Position numbers and translations under genes: made by a program. 64,000 nt of DNA. It comes from Candidatus Bathyarchaeia archaeon. Lineage in GTDB: Archaea > Thermoproteota > Bathyarchaeia > Bathyarchaeales > Bathycorpusculaceae. Every line of letters starts with the position of its first letter. Within the stretch, counting starts at the first letter, position 1. Below, in pieces: positions 56,198 through 64,000 of the stretch. The notes beneath the pieces are model-generated. The model was not told the origin of the DNA. It worked only from the letters and a program-made list of their open reading frames with translations, and made no database searches. The DNA is taken from contig JAVZIQ010000003.1 in NCBI GenBank assembly GCA_038871175.1, positions 1-64,000 of the forward strand. The letters run 5' to 3'.

Positions 56198-56211
56198 GAA
56201 ATACGTATTTC
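56198..56211. promoter_or_regulatory. Perfect 14-bp palindrome GAAATACGTATTTC upstream of the molybdoenzyme operon
   Basis: Lies 17-30 nt upstream of the ATG at 56181 (minus strand). An A/T-rich TATA-like stretch lies further upstream. Confidence 0.4.
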
Positions 56212-56876
56212 GATACTATTTTTGCTTGCTTTAAACTTAAATTTTTCCACTCTCAGAATTTTCTTGATAGACCCTTCAAATATTATCTTTCCTTTTCCAC
56301 AACATGCAATAATTAGCAAGTTTAATCGCTAGACGGGTGGAATGTAGATAAAAAGACATACTCAACGCTTCAGACATCTAAAAAGCATCTATTGCTTGCT
56401 TGAATATACCTATTTTCTTTTCACAATCCCGAACGTAAAAGTAGCTTGAAAAATAGGTAAAGGTATTTATCAATTCATCTCCGCAGCCTAAGGTTAATCC
56501 TGAAAGATCCGCCCCTAACGCTTTGGTCGCAAGAGCAGCTTTTGCTTAACTCCTATGTCAGTCATTAACACCTAACAGCCATGATGGTTTCACTACTTAA
56601 ATGCCATTCACTTTGTTTATCGAAACCGCAAAGGAAAGCCTAATGTTGAATATTGCAGCGTCATTTTCAAATTTTTAACATTGAAGAGAAAGCACAAATT
56701 CTTCAGGTACCGTTTTGAAAGAGCGTTTAATGCTGAAGTTTTCACAGCTGAACCGAAAAATCTTTAGTTGATCCCTTCTGACGACTCACATCACGCTGGC
56801 GGCATAGAGCAGTTTGCAACAAGTAACTAAGCAAAGAAGCGTTACATTACTTTCATCATTTATATTAGCCCGCAAA

Positions 56877-56890
56877 TTTTATATTTATAA
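56877..56890 (+). promoter_or_regulatory. TATA-box-like element for the SBP gene
   Basis: TTTTATATTTATAA sits about 25-30 nt upstream of the in-frame GTG at 56913, which would give a leaderless or near-leaderless mRNA. Confidence 0.4.
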
Positions 56891-56912
56891 GGGTACGATA
56901 GACATTAATCAG

Positions 56913-58301
56913 GTGATACTGTTGTTAGTTTTAAATAAGAAAGCCATTACAAGAATTCAAGCAGCTGTCATCGCTGTTATTGTTATAATTGCCATAATTG
57001 CAGGTGTTGCTTACTATTTCGCAACTCTCCCGTCGCCAAGCCCTACTCCTGCTACTCCTACTCCTGCCACTCCTACTCCTGCCACTCCCACTCCTGCCAC
57101 TCCCACTCCTGCCACTCCCACTCCTGCCACTCCCACTCCTGCTACTCCCACTCCTGCTACTCCTACTCCGGGTCCGCCAATCAGAATAGGCTTAATACTT
57201 CCTTTGACAGGGGCATCTGCTAGGTTAGGGAAAGAGGTTCATGATGGAGCGATGTTAGCGCTTGAGGAGATAAATGAGAAGGGCGGTATGCTCAGGAGAA
57301 CAGTGGAGGTAGTAATCGAAGATGACGAGGGAAACCCTGACAAGTGCTTAAGCGCGGCTAAGAAGTTAGTTGAATTAGATAAAGTTGACTTGCTGACGGG
57401 TGTACTCCATTCGGGCAATGTTGTTGCAATAAGTGAGTATGTATCAAGTGTTGGGATACCCTACATTTCTCCCATTTCATCCGGTCCTGTGTTGGTTTAT
57501 ACGCAAAATCCTCAGAAATTCAGAAATTTCTTCACGATACATCCCTATTATGACGACGTTGCAAAATTGGGATTAAAGTTTCTGACAGATGTCGTAAATG
57601 CTAAGACCTATATGTATATAGGGGAGACCTTAACATTTTCTGTGAGAAGTGGCGAATTCTTAAGGGTTTTTGCTGCCGACAGAAAAATAAACTGTTTAGG
57701 CGAGATAATTATGCCTGCGGGAAGTAAGGACTTTAGTGAAGCCATAATAAAGGTAAGGGAAGCTAAACCTGACGCGGTTATTATTAATATCTTTAGCGGG
57801 GCAGAAGTAACCCTTGCGAGACAGATTTATGAAAATAGGCTGCCTGTACCATACTTTGCCATTATGGCTTCACTTTCAATGTGGGAGACAGCTGAGCTTC
57901 TAGGAGACGCCTCAGATTATTTGGCCTTCGGCACATGGAGCTGGAACGTATCTTTAACTGAAAAAACTGTGCCATTCTTTAACAAGTTTTATAAGAAGTA
58001 CGGCTATCGAGCTTGCGGGCTAGAGGGGCCAGCTGGATATGACCTTATGTATTTTGTAGCAGCTGCGGTTGAGAAGGCAGGCACATTGGAGTGGAACGCC
58101 GTTATTAAAGCCTACGAAACAGTGGAAATAGTTGGGGTAAGAGGAATTACTAAAATAGACCCCTCAGACCATGGAGCCATTTACTGGGCTCCAGGGTATA
58201 TAAATGGCGTATTGGCACAGTGGATGAGTCGAAAGCCTTACGTGATCTGGCCGCCTGAGATGGCTGAGAAGAGCTATCAGAAAGCGCCTTGGATGGAGTA
58301 A
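56913..58301 (+). CDS. ABC transporter substrate-binding protein, branched-chain amino acid (LIV, Peripla_BP_6) type, membrane-anchored with a (TPATP)n linker
   Basis: N-terminal TM anchor AAVIAVIVIIAIIAGVAYYF, a Thr/Pro repeat, then IRIGLILPLTGASARLGKEVHDGAMLALEEINEKGG. The ORF track starts at 56814, but I prefer GTG 56913. Confidence 0.85.
   Translation: MILLLVLNKKAITRIQAAVIAVIVIIAIIAGVAYYFATLPSPSPTPATPTPATPTPATPTPATPTPATPTPATPTPATPTPATPTPGPPIRIGLILPLTGASARLGKEVHDGAMLALEEINEKGGMLRRTVEVVIEDDEGNPDKCLSAAKKLVELDKVDLLTGVLHSGNVVAISEYVSSVGIPYISPISSGPVLVYTQNPQKFRNFFTIHPYYDDVAKLGLKFLTDVVNAKTYMYIGETLTFSVRSGEFLRVFAADRKINCLGEIIMPAGSKDFSEAIIKVREAKPDAVIINIFSGAEVTLARQIYENRLPVPYFAIMASLSMWETAELLGDASDYLAFGTWSWNVSLTEKTVPFFNKFYKKYGYRACGLEGPAGYDLMYFVAAAVEKAGTLEWNAVIKAYETVEIVGVRGITKIDPSDHGAIYWAPGYINGVLAQWMSRKPYVIWPPEMAEKSYQKAPWME
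57045..57170 (+). repeat. Tandem 15-bp repeat ACTCCTGC(C/T)ACTCC(C/T), 8 units plus a partial unit, in frame (TPATP)n
   Basis: Read directly from the sequence. Units differ only at two synonymous positions. The relic paralog at 52.4 kb has a single unit. Confidence 0.9.
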
Positions 58302-58364
58302 AATAATTCAAACTCTAAACCACCTTTTTTATCTCTCAAATTTGGCCAGTTGTTAGTTTAAGTG

Positions 58365-59078
58365 TCAAATGCCTAAATATGCCCTTTTCACCTGCTGATT
58401 TGCTAGTAGTTCTCTACAGCTTCCCTCTAAAACCACATTTCCAGTTTCAAGGATATACGCTCTGTCAGCTATTCTTAGAGCTGAATATGCATCTTGTTCA
58501 ACAAGCAGAATTGTGGTGCCTTCTTTTCTGATTTCTTGGACACTTTTGAAAATTTTGCTTTTAACTATTGGCGACAAACCAAGGGAGGGTTCATCCAACA
58601 TTAAAAGTTTAGGTTTAGCCATTAAAGCCCTTCCAATAGCCAGCATTTGTTGTTCTCCTCCGCTTAGGGTTCCAGCTCTTTGGTTTCGCCTTTCTCTTAA
58701 AACTGGAAAGAGGTCATAAACCCTATTCAAATCCTTCCTTACTTCATCTTTATCTTTGCGGAGATAGGCGCCCATTTCAAGGTTCTCTAACACTGTCATA
58801 TCTGGGAAAAGCCTCCTCCTCTCTGGGCATAGGGAAATCCCGCTTTTAGTTATATTGTATGGTGAAAGTTTATGAATTTCTTTCCCCATGAAATTAATTG
58901 AGCCTTTACTAATTCTCTTCAGTCCGAAAATTGACCTTAGGAGGGTTGTTTTTCCAGCTCCATTAGGTCCCAAAACCGCTACAAGTTCTCCTTCTTTCAT
59001 GCTTAAACTGACATTGTTTAAAGCTAAAGCTGCCCTGTAATGAACCGTAATGTTATCGACGCTAAGCAGAAACTTCAC
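58365..59078 (-). CDS. livF: LIV-type ABC transporter ATP-binding protein (LivF-like)
   Basis: Walker A GPNGAGKTT, signature LSGGEQQ, Walker B LLMLDEPS. Overlaps livG by 17 nt. Confidence 0.88.
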   Translation of the reverse strand: MKFLLSVDNITVHYRAALALNNVSLSMKEGELVAVLGPNGAGKTTLLRSIFGLKRISKGSINFMGKEIHKLSPYNITKSGISLCPERRRLFPDMTVLENLEMGAYLRKDKDEVRKDLNRVYDLFPVLRERRNQRAGTLSGGEQQMLAIGRALMAKPKLLMLDEPSLGLSPIVKSKIFKSVQEIRKEGTTILLVEQDAYSALRIADRAYILETGNVVLEGSCRELLANQQVKRAYLGI

Positions 59079-59778
59079 CTCCCAAGTAAGCTTCTATAAC
59101 TCTTCTATCTTCAGTTATTTCTAATGGTTTCCCTTCAGCTATTTTTTCGCCGTCGCAAATAACAACTACCCGATGTGAAAGTTTCATTATTACCCTCATC
59201 ACATGCTCAACAATCACTATTGTTAGACCCTCATCATTCAATTTCTTCACAAGCTCCATCAATTCGGAAACCTCTTCGAAGCTTAGCCCGGCGAAGGGCT
59301 CATCTAGCAAAAGCAGGCTAGGCTCAGTTGCCAAGGCCCTAGCTATTTCAAGCTTTTTTAATTCGCCATGGGGCAAATTTTTGGCCAACTCATTTTTCCT
59401 ATGGTCCAATTTCATAAGCGCAATAATTTCCGCAGCCTTATCAGTTGATCTAATGCCTCTTTTCCCATACAAAGGTATAGAAACGTTGTCTATGACGCTT
59501 AGGTTGCCGAATGGATTAACAAGTTGGAATGTTCTGGCTATTCCCTGTCTAACAACTAGGTGTGGTGGAGCTCTGGTTATATCTTTTCCTTTAAAAACTA
59601 TGGATCCAGCGTCAGGCTTAATAAACCCTGTTATCAAATTGAATAGTGTAGTTTTACCCGCCCCATTTGGCCCTATTAAACCTAAGATTTCGCCTTCTCC
59701 CACACTTAAATCTACATTTTTGACGGCAACAAGACCTCCGAAAGACTTTGTTAAACCCTTAACTGTTAAAACATCCAA
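59062..59778 (-). CDS. livG: LIV-type ABC transporter ATP-binding protein (LivG-like)
   Basis: Walker A GPNGAGKTT, Walker B LLLLDEPFAGL, IVEHVM H-loop region. Confidence 0.88.
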   Translation of the reverse strand: MDVLTVKGLTKSFGGLVAVKNVDLSVGEGEILGLIGPNGAGKTTLFNLITGFIKPDAGSIVFKGKDITRAPPHLVVRQGIARTFQLVNPFGNLSVIDNVSIPLYGKRGIRSTDKAAEIIALMKLDHRKNELAKNLPHGELKKLEIARALATEPSLLLLDEPFAGLSFEEVSELMELVKKLNDEGLTIVIVEHVMRVIMKLSHRVVVICDGEKIAEGKPLEITEDRRVIEAYLGGEVSA

Positions 59779-59844
59779 TCAATTGCCCTCTGCTACTTTG
59801 TTAAACATGTTTACGGGTAAAGTTTTTATATTTTGCGTCAAGAC

Positions 59845-59863
59845 AATATTAACCGTTAATATT
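59845..59863. promoter_or_regulatory. 19-bp palindrome AATATTAAC-C-GTTAATATT in the livG/livH divergent intergenic region
   Basis: Perfect 9-bp arms. Lies between a TATA-like TTTTTATATTTT (59824-59835) and the livH SD/TTG start (59880). Confidence 0.45.
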
Positions 59864-59879
59864 ATAGCGAGGTTATAGA

Positions 59880-60749
59880 TTGATCGCAGTAATTGTACAA
59901 TTAATCATTAATGGTTTAATGTTAGGCGCCTTATATGCGCTCGCGGCGGTTGGGCTTTCATTAATTTTTGGCATAATGGATGTGGTAAATCTTGCCCATG
60001 GCTCTCTGCTTGCCATGGCTGCTTTTGTAACATACACATTGTCGAGTTGGTTTTTCAGTAACATTTTTGCAGCGGCAGCCTCTGCAATTTTCCTCGTTTT
60101 TCTAGTTGGAATGGTTATTGAAAGGGCAGGAGTTTATCCTTTTAGGGGTTCTGCCGTTCGATTGGTGGTAATTACCATTAGCGTGGGCAAAATCCTTGAA
60201 CAGATTATTTACATAGTGTGGGGTCCAACTTACATAACAAGCCCAATTTATGTTTCAGGATCCTTAAACTTTCTCGGCATAACAATTAGCATCTACCGGA
60301 TGATGCTCCTTGTATTAAGCGTTGTCCTAATAATGGCTTTGTGGTTTTTCATTCAGAAGTCTAAGTGGGGGAGGGCAATACGTGCTGTTGCTCAAGACGA
60401 GGAGGCTGCTTCAATTTTCGGTGTTAATATTAAACGAGTACGTACACTTACCTTCGCCCTTGCCAGTGCCTTAGCTGCAGTTGCAGGCATATTTCTAAGT
60501 TCAATCTACATGTTTCATTCAGCAAGTGGATGGGAATATCTTTCAATAGCCCTGTCCATCACAATTGTGGGAGGTTTGGGCGATGTTAGAGGAGCTATAC
60601 TCGCTAGCTTCATATTGGGAATAGTGGAGTCTTACATTGGGTATTATATTTCTCCACTTTGGCGTACAACGGTTTACTTTATTTTAATAATAATCATATT
60701 GACAATTAAGCCTTCAGGGCTTTCTGGACTATGGAGGGGCAGAACCTAA
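59880..60749 (+). CDS. livH: LIV-type ABC transporter permease (LivH-like)
   Basis: 289-aa polytopic protein. INGLMLGALYALAAVGLSLIFG N-terminus is typical of LivH. Confidence 0.85.
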   Translation: MIAVIVQLIINGLMLGALYALAAVGLSLIFGIMDVVNLAHGSLLAMAAFVTYTLSSWFFSNIFAAAASAIFLVFLVGMVIERAGVYPFRGSAVRLVVITISVGKILEQIIYIVWGPTYITSPIYVSGSLNFLGITISIYRMMLLVLSVVLIMALWFFIQKSKWGRAIRAVAQDEEAASIFGVNIKRVRTLTFALASALAAVAGIFLSSIYMFHSASGWEYLSIALSITIVGGLGDVRGAILASFILGIVESYIGYYISPLWRTTVYFILIIIILTIKPSGLSGLWRGRT

Positions 60750-61729
60750 TGTTTAAGGCAAGGTTAAAATTGAGAAGCACCGCTTTTAAACTGCTTATTC
60801 GCCTTATTCCATTAGTTATTCTTGCATTAATCCCTGCTTTTATCGAAAATGTATATTTTATTCACATCTTAATATTGTCGAATATATATGCTGTTTTGGC
60901 TTCAAGCTGGGATCTGATTTCCGGCTATACTGGTCAAGTAAGTTTAGGCCATGCCCTCTTTTTCGGAGGAGGAGCGTATATTTCAGCTTTTCTTACAATG
61001 TGGTATAATGTTCCACAACTCTTATGCCCCTTAATTGCAGGAGTTTGTATGGCTGCCTTCAGCTTGATTGTGGGAATACCCTGCTTAAGGCTTTCAGGGC
61101 CTTATCTCGCAATAACAACTTTAGCCTTCTCCCAAGCAGTAAGGTCCATAGTAATTGCCTTTCCAGATGTGACGCGGGGAGATGAAGGTATGCCTATTGC
61201 AGCTTTGGTGCTGGGGACAATCCCTAACTATTATGTTGCACTTATTCTGATGTTCGTCTTCGTAAACATAATACACTTAATTGCAAATTATTTTTATAGA
61301 ATACCCTTCATTGCAATCAGGGAAAATGAAACAGCTGCAAGGGCTTCAGGAATAAACGTCACCAAATACAGGCTTCTGTCCTTTACATTAAGTGCCTTCT
61401 TCTCCGGTATCGCCGGAAGCTTTTACGCCTACTACATGATGGCGATAACTCCAGAAGGATTATCCATAGACACATCTTTTATGCCGCTTACAATGACCAT
61501 AGTTGGCGGAATGGGAACGATAGTAGGCCCAGTAATTGGAGCTTACATCCTTGTTTTCTTAACTGAGATGCTCCGCGTTTTCATCTATAGAATACGCATC
61601 CTCATATACGCCTCATTAACCGTCATATTCATAATGCTATTGCCTGGCGGAATCCTTAAAGCCTTAAGGAGTATAGCCAAAATTCGAAAATCCCACGTTA
61701 GTAAAATTGATGTTTCTCCGACAAAATAG
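60731..61729 (+). CDS. livM: LIV-type ABC transporter permease (LivM-like)
   Basis: 332-aa polytopic protein. SWDLISGYTGQVSLGHALFFGGGAY is typical of LivM. Overlaps livH by 19 nt. Confidence 0.85.
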   Translation: MEGQNLMFKARLKLRSTAFKLLIRLIPLVILALIPAFIENVYFIHILILSNIYAVLASSWDLISGYTGQVSLGHALFFGGGAYISAFLTMWYNVPQLLCPLIAGVCMAAFSLIVGIPCLRLSGPYLAITTLAFSQAVRSIVIAFPDVTRGDEGMPIAALVLGTIPNYYVALILMFVFVNIIHLIANYFYRIPFIAIRENETAARASGINVTKYRLLSFTLSAFFSGIAGSFYAYYMMAITPEGLSIDTSFMPLTMTIVGGMGTIVGPVIGAYILVFLTEMLRVFIYRIRILIYASLTVIFIMLLPGGILKALRSIAKIRKSHVSKIDVSPTK

Positions 61730-61914
61730 TGCTTGTCGCCAAAATGTTTGTCTAAAACTTCAAATGTAGAAAGAGGCTTAAAGCTTAAAATCCTAAACCT
61801 GAAAAGTTGAAATTTAGACATTTAAAAGTTGAAATAGATACTGGTAGACTATGAGATAGGCTTGCATGGAATTCTAAAGGCTTTAGACGTAACTGTCGAT
61901 GTTTTGTTTTGACT

Positions 61915-62976
61915 TTAAAAGTGTGCTTTTGAGCCCCTTTTTAGAAATAGTTTGGCGCTTCGCCATCTGTCTTTGGCTATTTGGATGTTTCCATATACGC
62001 TTCCGTGAAGTGAATAGAAAATGTAGCATAAGTATGTGCATTTTTTGCATTGGCTGTAGGTTTTTCTTAAGGCGTTGAGTTTGGGGGTTTTCCAAATTTT
62101 GGGAAGTTCAAATATTGAGGCTACTGGTTGGTGGAGGTGGCATCCTGAAACTTCTCCTTTGTGGTTTATTATGAAGAAGTTCTTCATGGCTCGGCATTTC
62201 CATGTTCTTTTGTTTTTTAGGTATAGGTTTTTAACAGCCTCTAAAACCTTGGTTGTTATTAGAATGTTGCTGTTTTTTCTTTTCATTTCCATTATGGATT
62301 CGCAGAGCTTAACCATGGCATCATTATCTCTTATTATGAAGGCGTCATCTATTTTTCCAATTTCGAAGAGGGGGTTATGAGCTGAGTTTGGTATGTCGTA
62401 AGAGTATAGGCTGTACCATATTGGTATGTCCTTTTCCAGGAAATATTTTGTAAGGTCGACAATTTCGTTGAGGTTTATTTGTGAAATTGTTGGTGTTACT
62501 GCCACGTTAACTCCTTCTTTTTGGAGTTTTTCAACGGATTCAAGGGCTTTTTTCAATGAGCCTCTTACACCTTTTATATAATCGTTTTTTTCAGGTTTCA
62601 GGCTGTCAATGGATATTGCAACGAAGTCTGCTTTTCTTAAGGCTTCAACCTTTGAGCCGGCTATGCTGCCATTGTCATAAACTGTTGTTATGAAGAAGCG
62701 GGAAGCATACCCTATTATTTCTTCTATGTCCGGCCTTAAGAGGGGGTTTCCTCCTGAAAGGACAATTTCTAAAACTCCAATTTTTCTAAGAGCATCCAAT
62801 CCCTGCTTTATCTCACATGTTGAAAGCTCCTCTTCATCCTGCATGCGCCAAACATTGCATCCTAAACAACGGTAGTTGCACCTTCTGGTTATCATCCATT
62901 GGACATGGTAAGGCCTGTTTGGAGTTAAAGCTCTAAAGGCAATGCTTAAAGCTTTTTTAGGGGGCAGAGATGCCAA
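61915..62976 (-). CDS. Radical SAM protein with Cys-rich (SPASM-like) C-terminal region
   Basis: CNYRCLGC (CxxxCxxC), SGGNPLL, and C-terminal cysteines CRAM...GCHLH...CKKCTYLC. Confidence 0.75.
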   Translation of the reverse strand: MASLPPKKALSIAFRALTPNRPYHVQWMITRRCNYRCLGCNVWRMQDEEELSTCEIKQGLDALRKIGVLEIVLSGGNPLLRPDIEEIIGYASRFFITTVYDNGSIAGSKVEALRKADFVAISIDSLKPEKNDYIKGVRGSLKKALESVEKLQKEGVNVAVTPTISQINLNEIVDLTKYFLEKDIPIWYSLYSYDIPNSAHNPLFEIGKIDDAFIIRDNDAMVKLCESIMEMKRKNSNILITTKVLEAVKNLYLKNKRTWKCRAMKNFFIINHKGEVSGCHLHQPVASIFELPKIWKTPKLNALRKTYSQCKKCTYLCYIFYSLHGSVYGNIQIAKDRWRSAKLFLKRGSKAHF

Positions 62977-63155
62977 ATGTCCACCTGCTTTAACTTTTCT
63001 GTTTTAAATATGCTGCTGAAGGCTGATATAGGCTTTATAGGCTTATACTGGCTGGATAAATTTTAAAGGCATTAGAGTAATAACTGAATCCTGGGAAAGC
63101 CTTAATTCCATTTTGAAATGGATTCTTAACTCTGGCATGTAAGGCGGCACCTGAA

Positions 63156-63887
63156 ATGTGTGGTGAAAAGGTAGACGTCGTCGTTCTCACGAAAAACAGC
63201 GAAAGGCTTCTGGAGAGATGTTTAAACTCGGTTTATGAAAATGTCCCAGTTAACCGCCTAATAATTGTAGACGGATACTCCACTGATTCAACCCTGCAAA
63301 TCGTTGAAGAGCTCCGTAAAAAACATGGAAACGTCTTTTTGATAATGGATAGAGGAACCCGAGGAAGTGCAAGGATGAAAGGGATGGGAAAGGTTGAAAC
63401 TGAATGGTTTGCCTTCGTGGACAGCGACGTAGTTCTATGTGATGAATGGTATGAAAAGGCAATAAAACATGTGAAGCCCGACACAGGAGCAGTTTGGGGC
63501 ATAGAAATATGGGAGGGAATTTCGAATAAGGCCGTTTTAAAGCTTTTTTTGAAAGTTACGAGAAAAATTTTCGAGTTGAGGGGTGGAACCCACGATTTGC
63601 TTGTAAGATATGAGGCTGTTAAAGGCATAAGGATTCCTGAAAACCTGCATGTCTTTGAAGACTCCTATATTAAAGAGTGGATTGAGAAAAGGGGTTATAG
63701 GGTTATAGCCGCCTACGATCCGTACTGCATACATTATAGGCCTAAGGAAGCCTGGACAATAAAAGGAAGTATAAAAATACTTGTTGAAAACCTCCGTTTT
63801 TGCAGTTTCTGGAAGCTTCCAAAATTCCTCGTCGCCTACGCCTTTTATACAGCATATGTAATTTACAGAAGTCTATCTGTAAAATAG
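63156..63887 (+). CDS. Glycosyltransferase family 2 (GT-A fold)
   Basis: VDVVVLTKNSERLLERCLNSV...IIVDGYSTDST...FVDSDVVL (DxD). Confidence 0.8.
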   Translation: MCGEKVDVVVLTKNSERLLERCLNSVYENVPVNRLIIVDGYSTDSTLQIVEELRKKHGNVFLIMDRGTRGSARMKGMGKVETEWFAFVDSDVVLCDEWYEKAIKHVKPDTGAVWGIEIWEGISNKAVLKLFLKVTRKIFELRGGTHDLLVRYEAVKGIRIPENLHVFEDSYIKEWIEKRGYRVIAAYDPYCIHYRPKEAWTIKGSIKILVENLRFCSFWKLPKFLVAYAFYTAYVIYRSLSVK

Positions 63888-64000
63888 CTGAATGATAAAA
63901 TGTTATGTAGATTTTGAATGCATTTCAAAGAGAAACCGTAAATTTTACATGATAAGCAAATTGTTGAAAATAGTGATGGGAATAGGGCCTTTTATTTACG

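Noticed and set aside
57045-57170. The regular 15-bp repeat array might be mistaken for a CRISPR-like array.
   Set aside because: The units are contiguous with no spacers, only 15 bp long, and in frame within a binding-protein gene (a TPATP linker). ORF 56998-57189 (poly-Leu/Pro) is merely the alternative frame of the same repeat.
59160-59245. Two UGAUGAGGGU motifs about 30 nt apart on the minus strand, resembling C and C' boxes.
   Set aside because: They lie inside the livG coding sequence in different codon phases, and no CUGA D or D' boxes follow at the required distance.

Overview
This is an archaeal chromosomal window, and gene content suggests a TACK-type lineage: a PriL-PCNA-TFS cluster, an L14e-Cbf5 pair, a short archaeal-type PurA, an intron-containing tRNA, and Shine-Dalgarno plus TTG/GTG starts. 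I support about 60 protein genes and 6 tRNA genes: Gly-GCC, Ser-GGA with intron, Ser-GCU, Ser-UGA, Val-GAC and Ala-GGC. I see no rRNA and no CRISPR array. The housekeeping blocks cover information processing (cbf5, rpl14e, priL, pcn, tfs), SAH recycling (mtaD-like plus ahcY), hom plus aspartate kinase, purA, glycosyltransferases and transporters. Three accessory or rearranged zones stand out. (1) At 6.6-13.0 kb the whole interval between two convergent tRNA genes is mobile DNA. It holds a compact 4-gene integrated element (frameshifted Tyr integrase, 597-aa P-loop NTPase, 108-aa ORF, RHH gene), a 2.25-kb chimeric IS insertion flanked by a 7-bp duplication whose removal restores the RHH ORF exactly, and the tail of a second integrase. 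(2) At 42.8-46.2 kb there is a gene-poor patch of small regulators and gene fragments. (3) At 49.0-61.7 kb, downstream of tRNA-Ala, there is an IS relic, a second AcnX (DUF521/DUF126) pair, a relic of a solute-binding-protein (SBP) gene, a pyrogallol-transhydroxylase-like molybdoenzyme pair and a LIV-type ABC transporter. The best-supported sequence-level item is a 19-nt bulge-helix-bulge (BHB) intron in the cbf5 mRNA. It sits exactly at the catalytic GGTLD motif, and the predicted splice restores the reading frame. The first AcnX locus carries a decayed small-subunit gene next to an intact large subunit. Four genes show single-base frame disruptions, two of them in T-runs, so assembly error must be excluded before calling them pseudogenes. 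All calls come from hand translation and motif recognition. I ran no database searches, and family assignments rest on remembered motifs.
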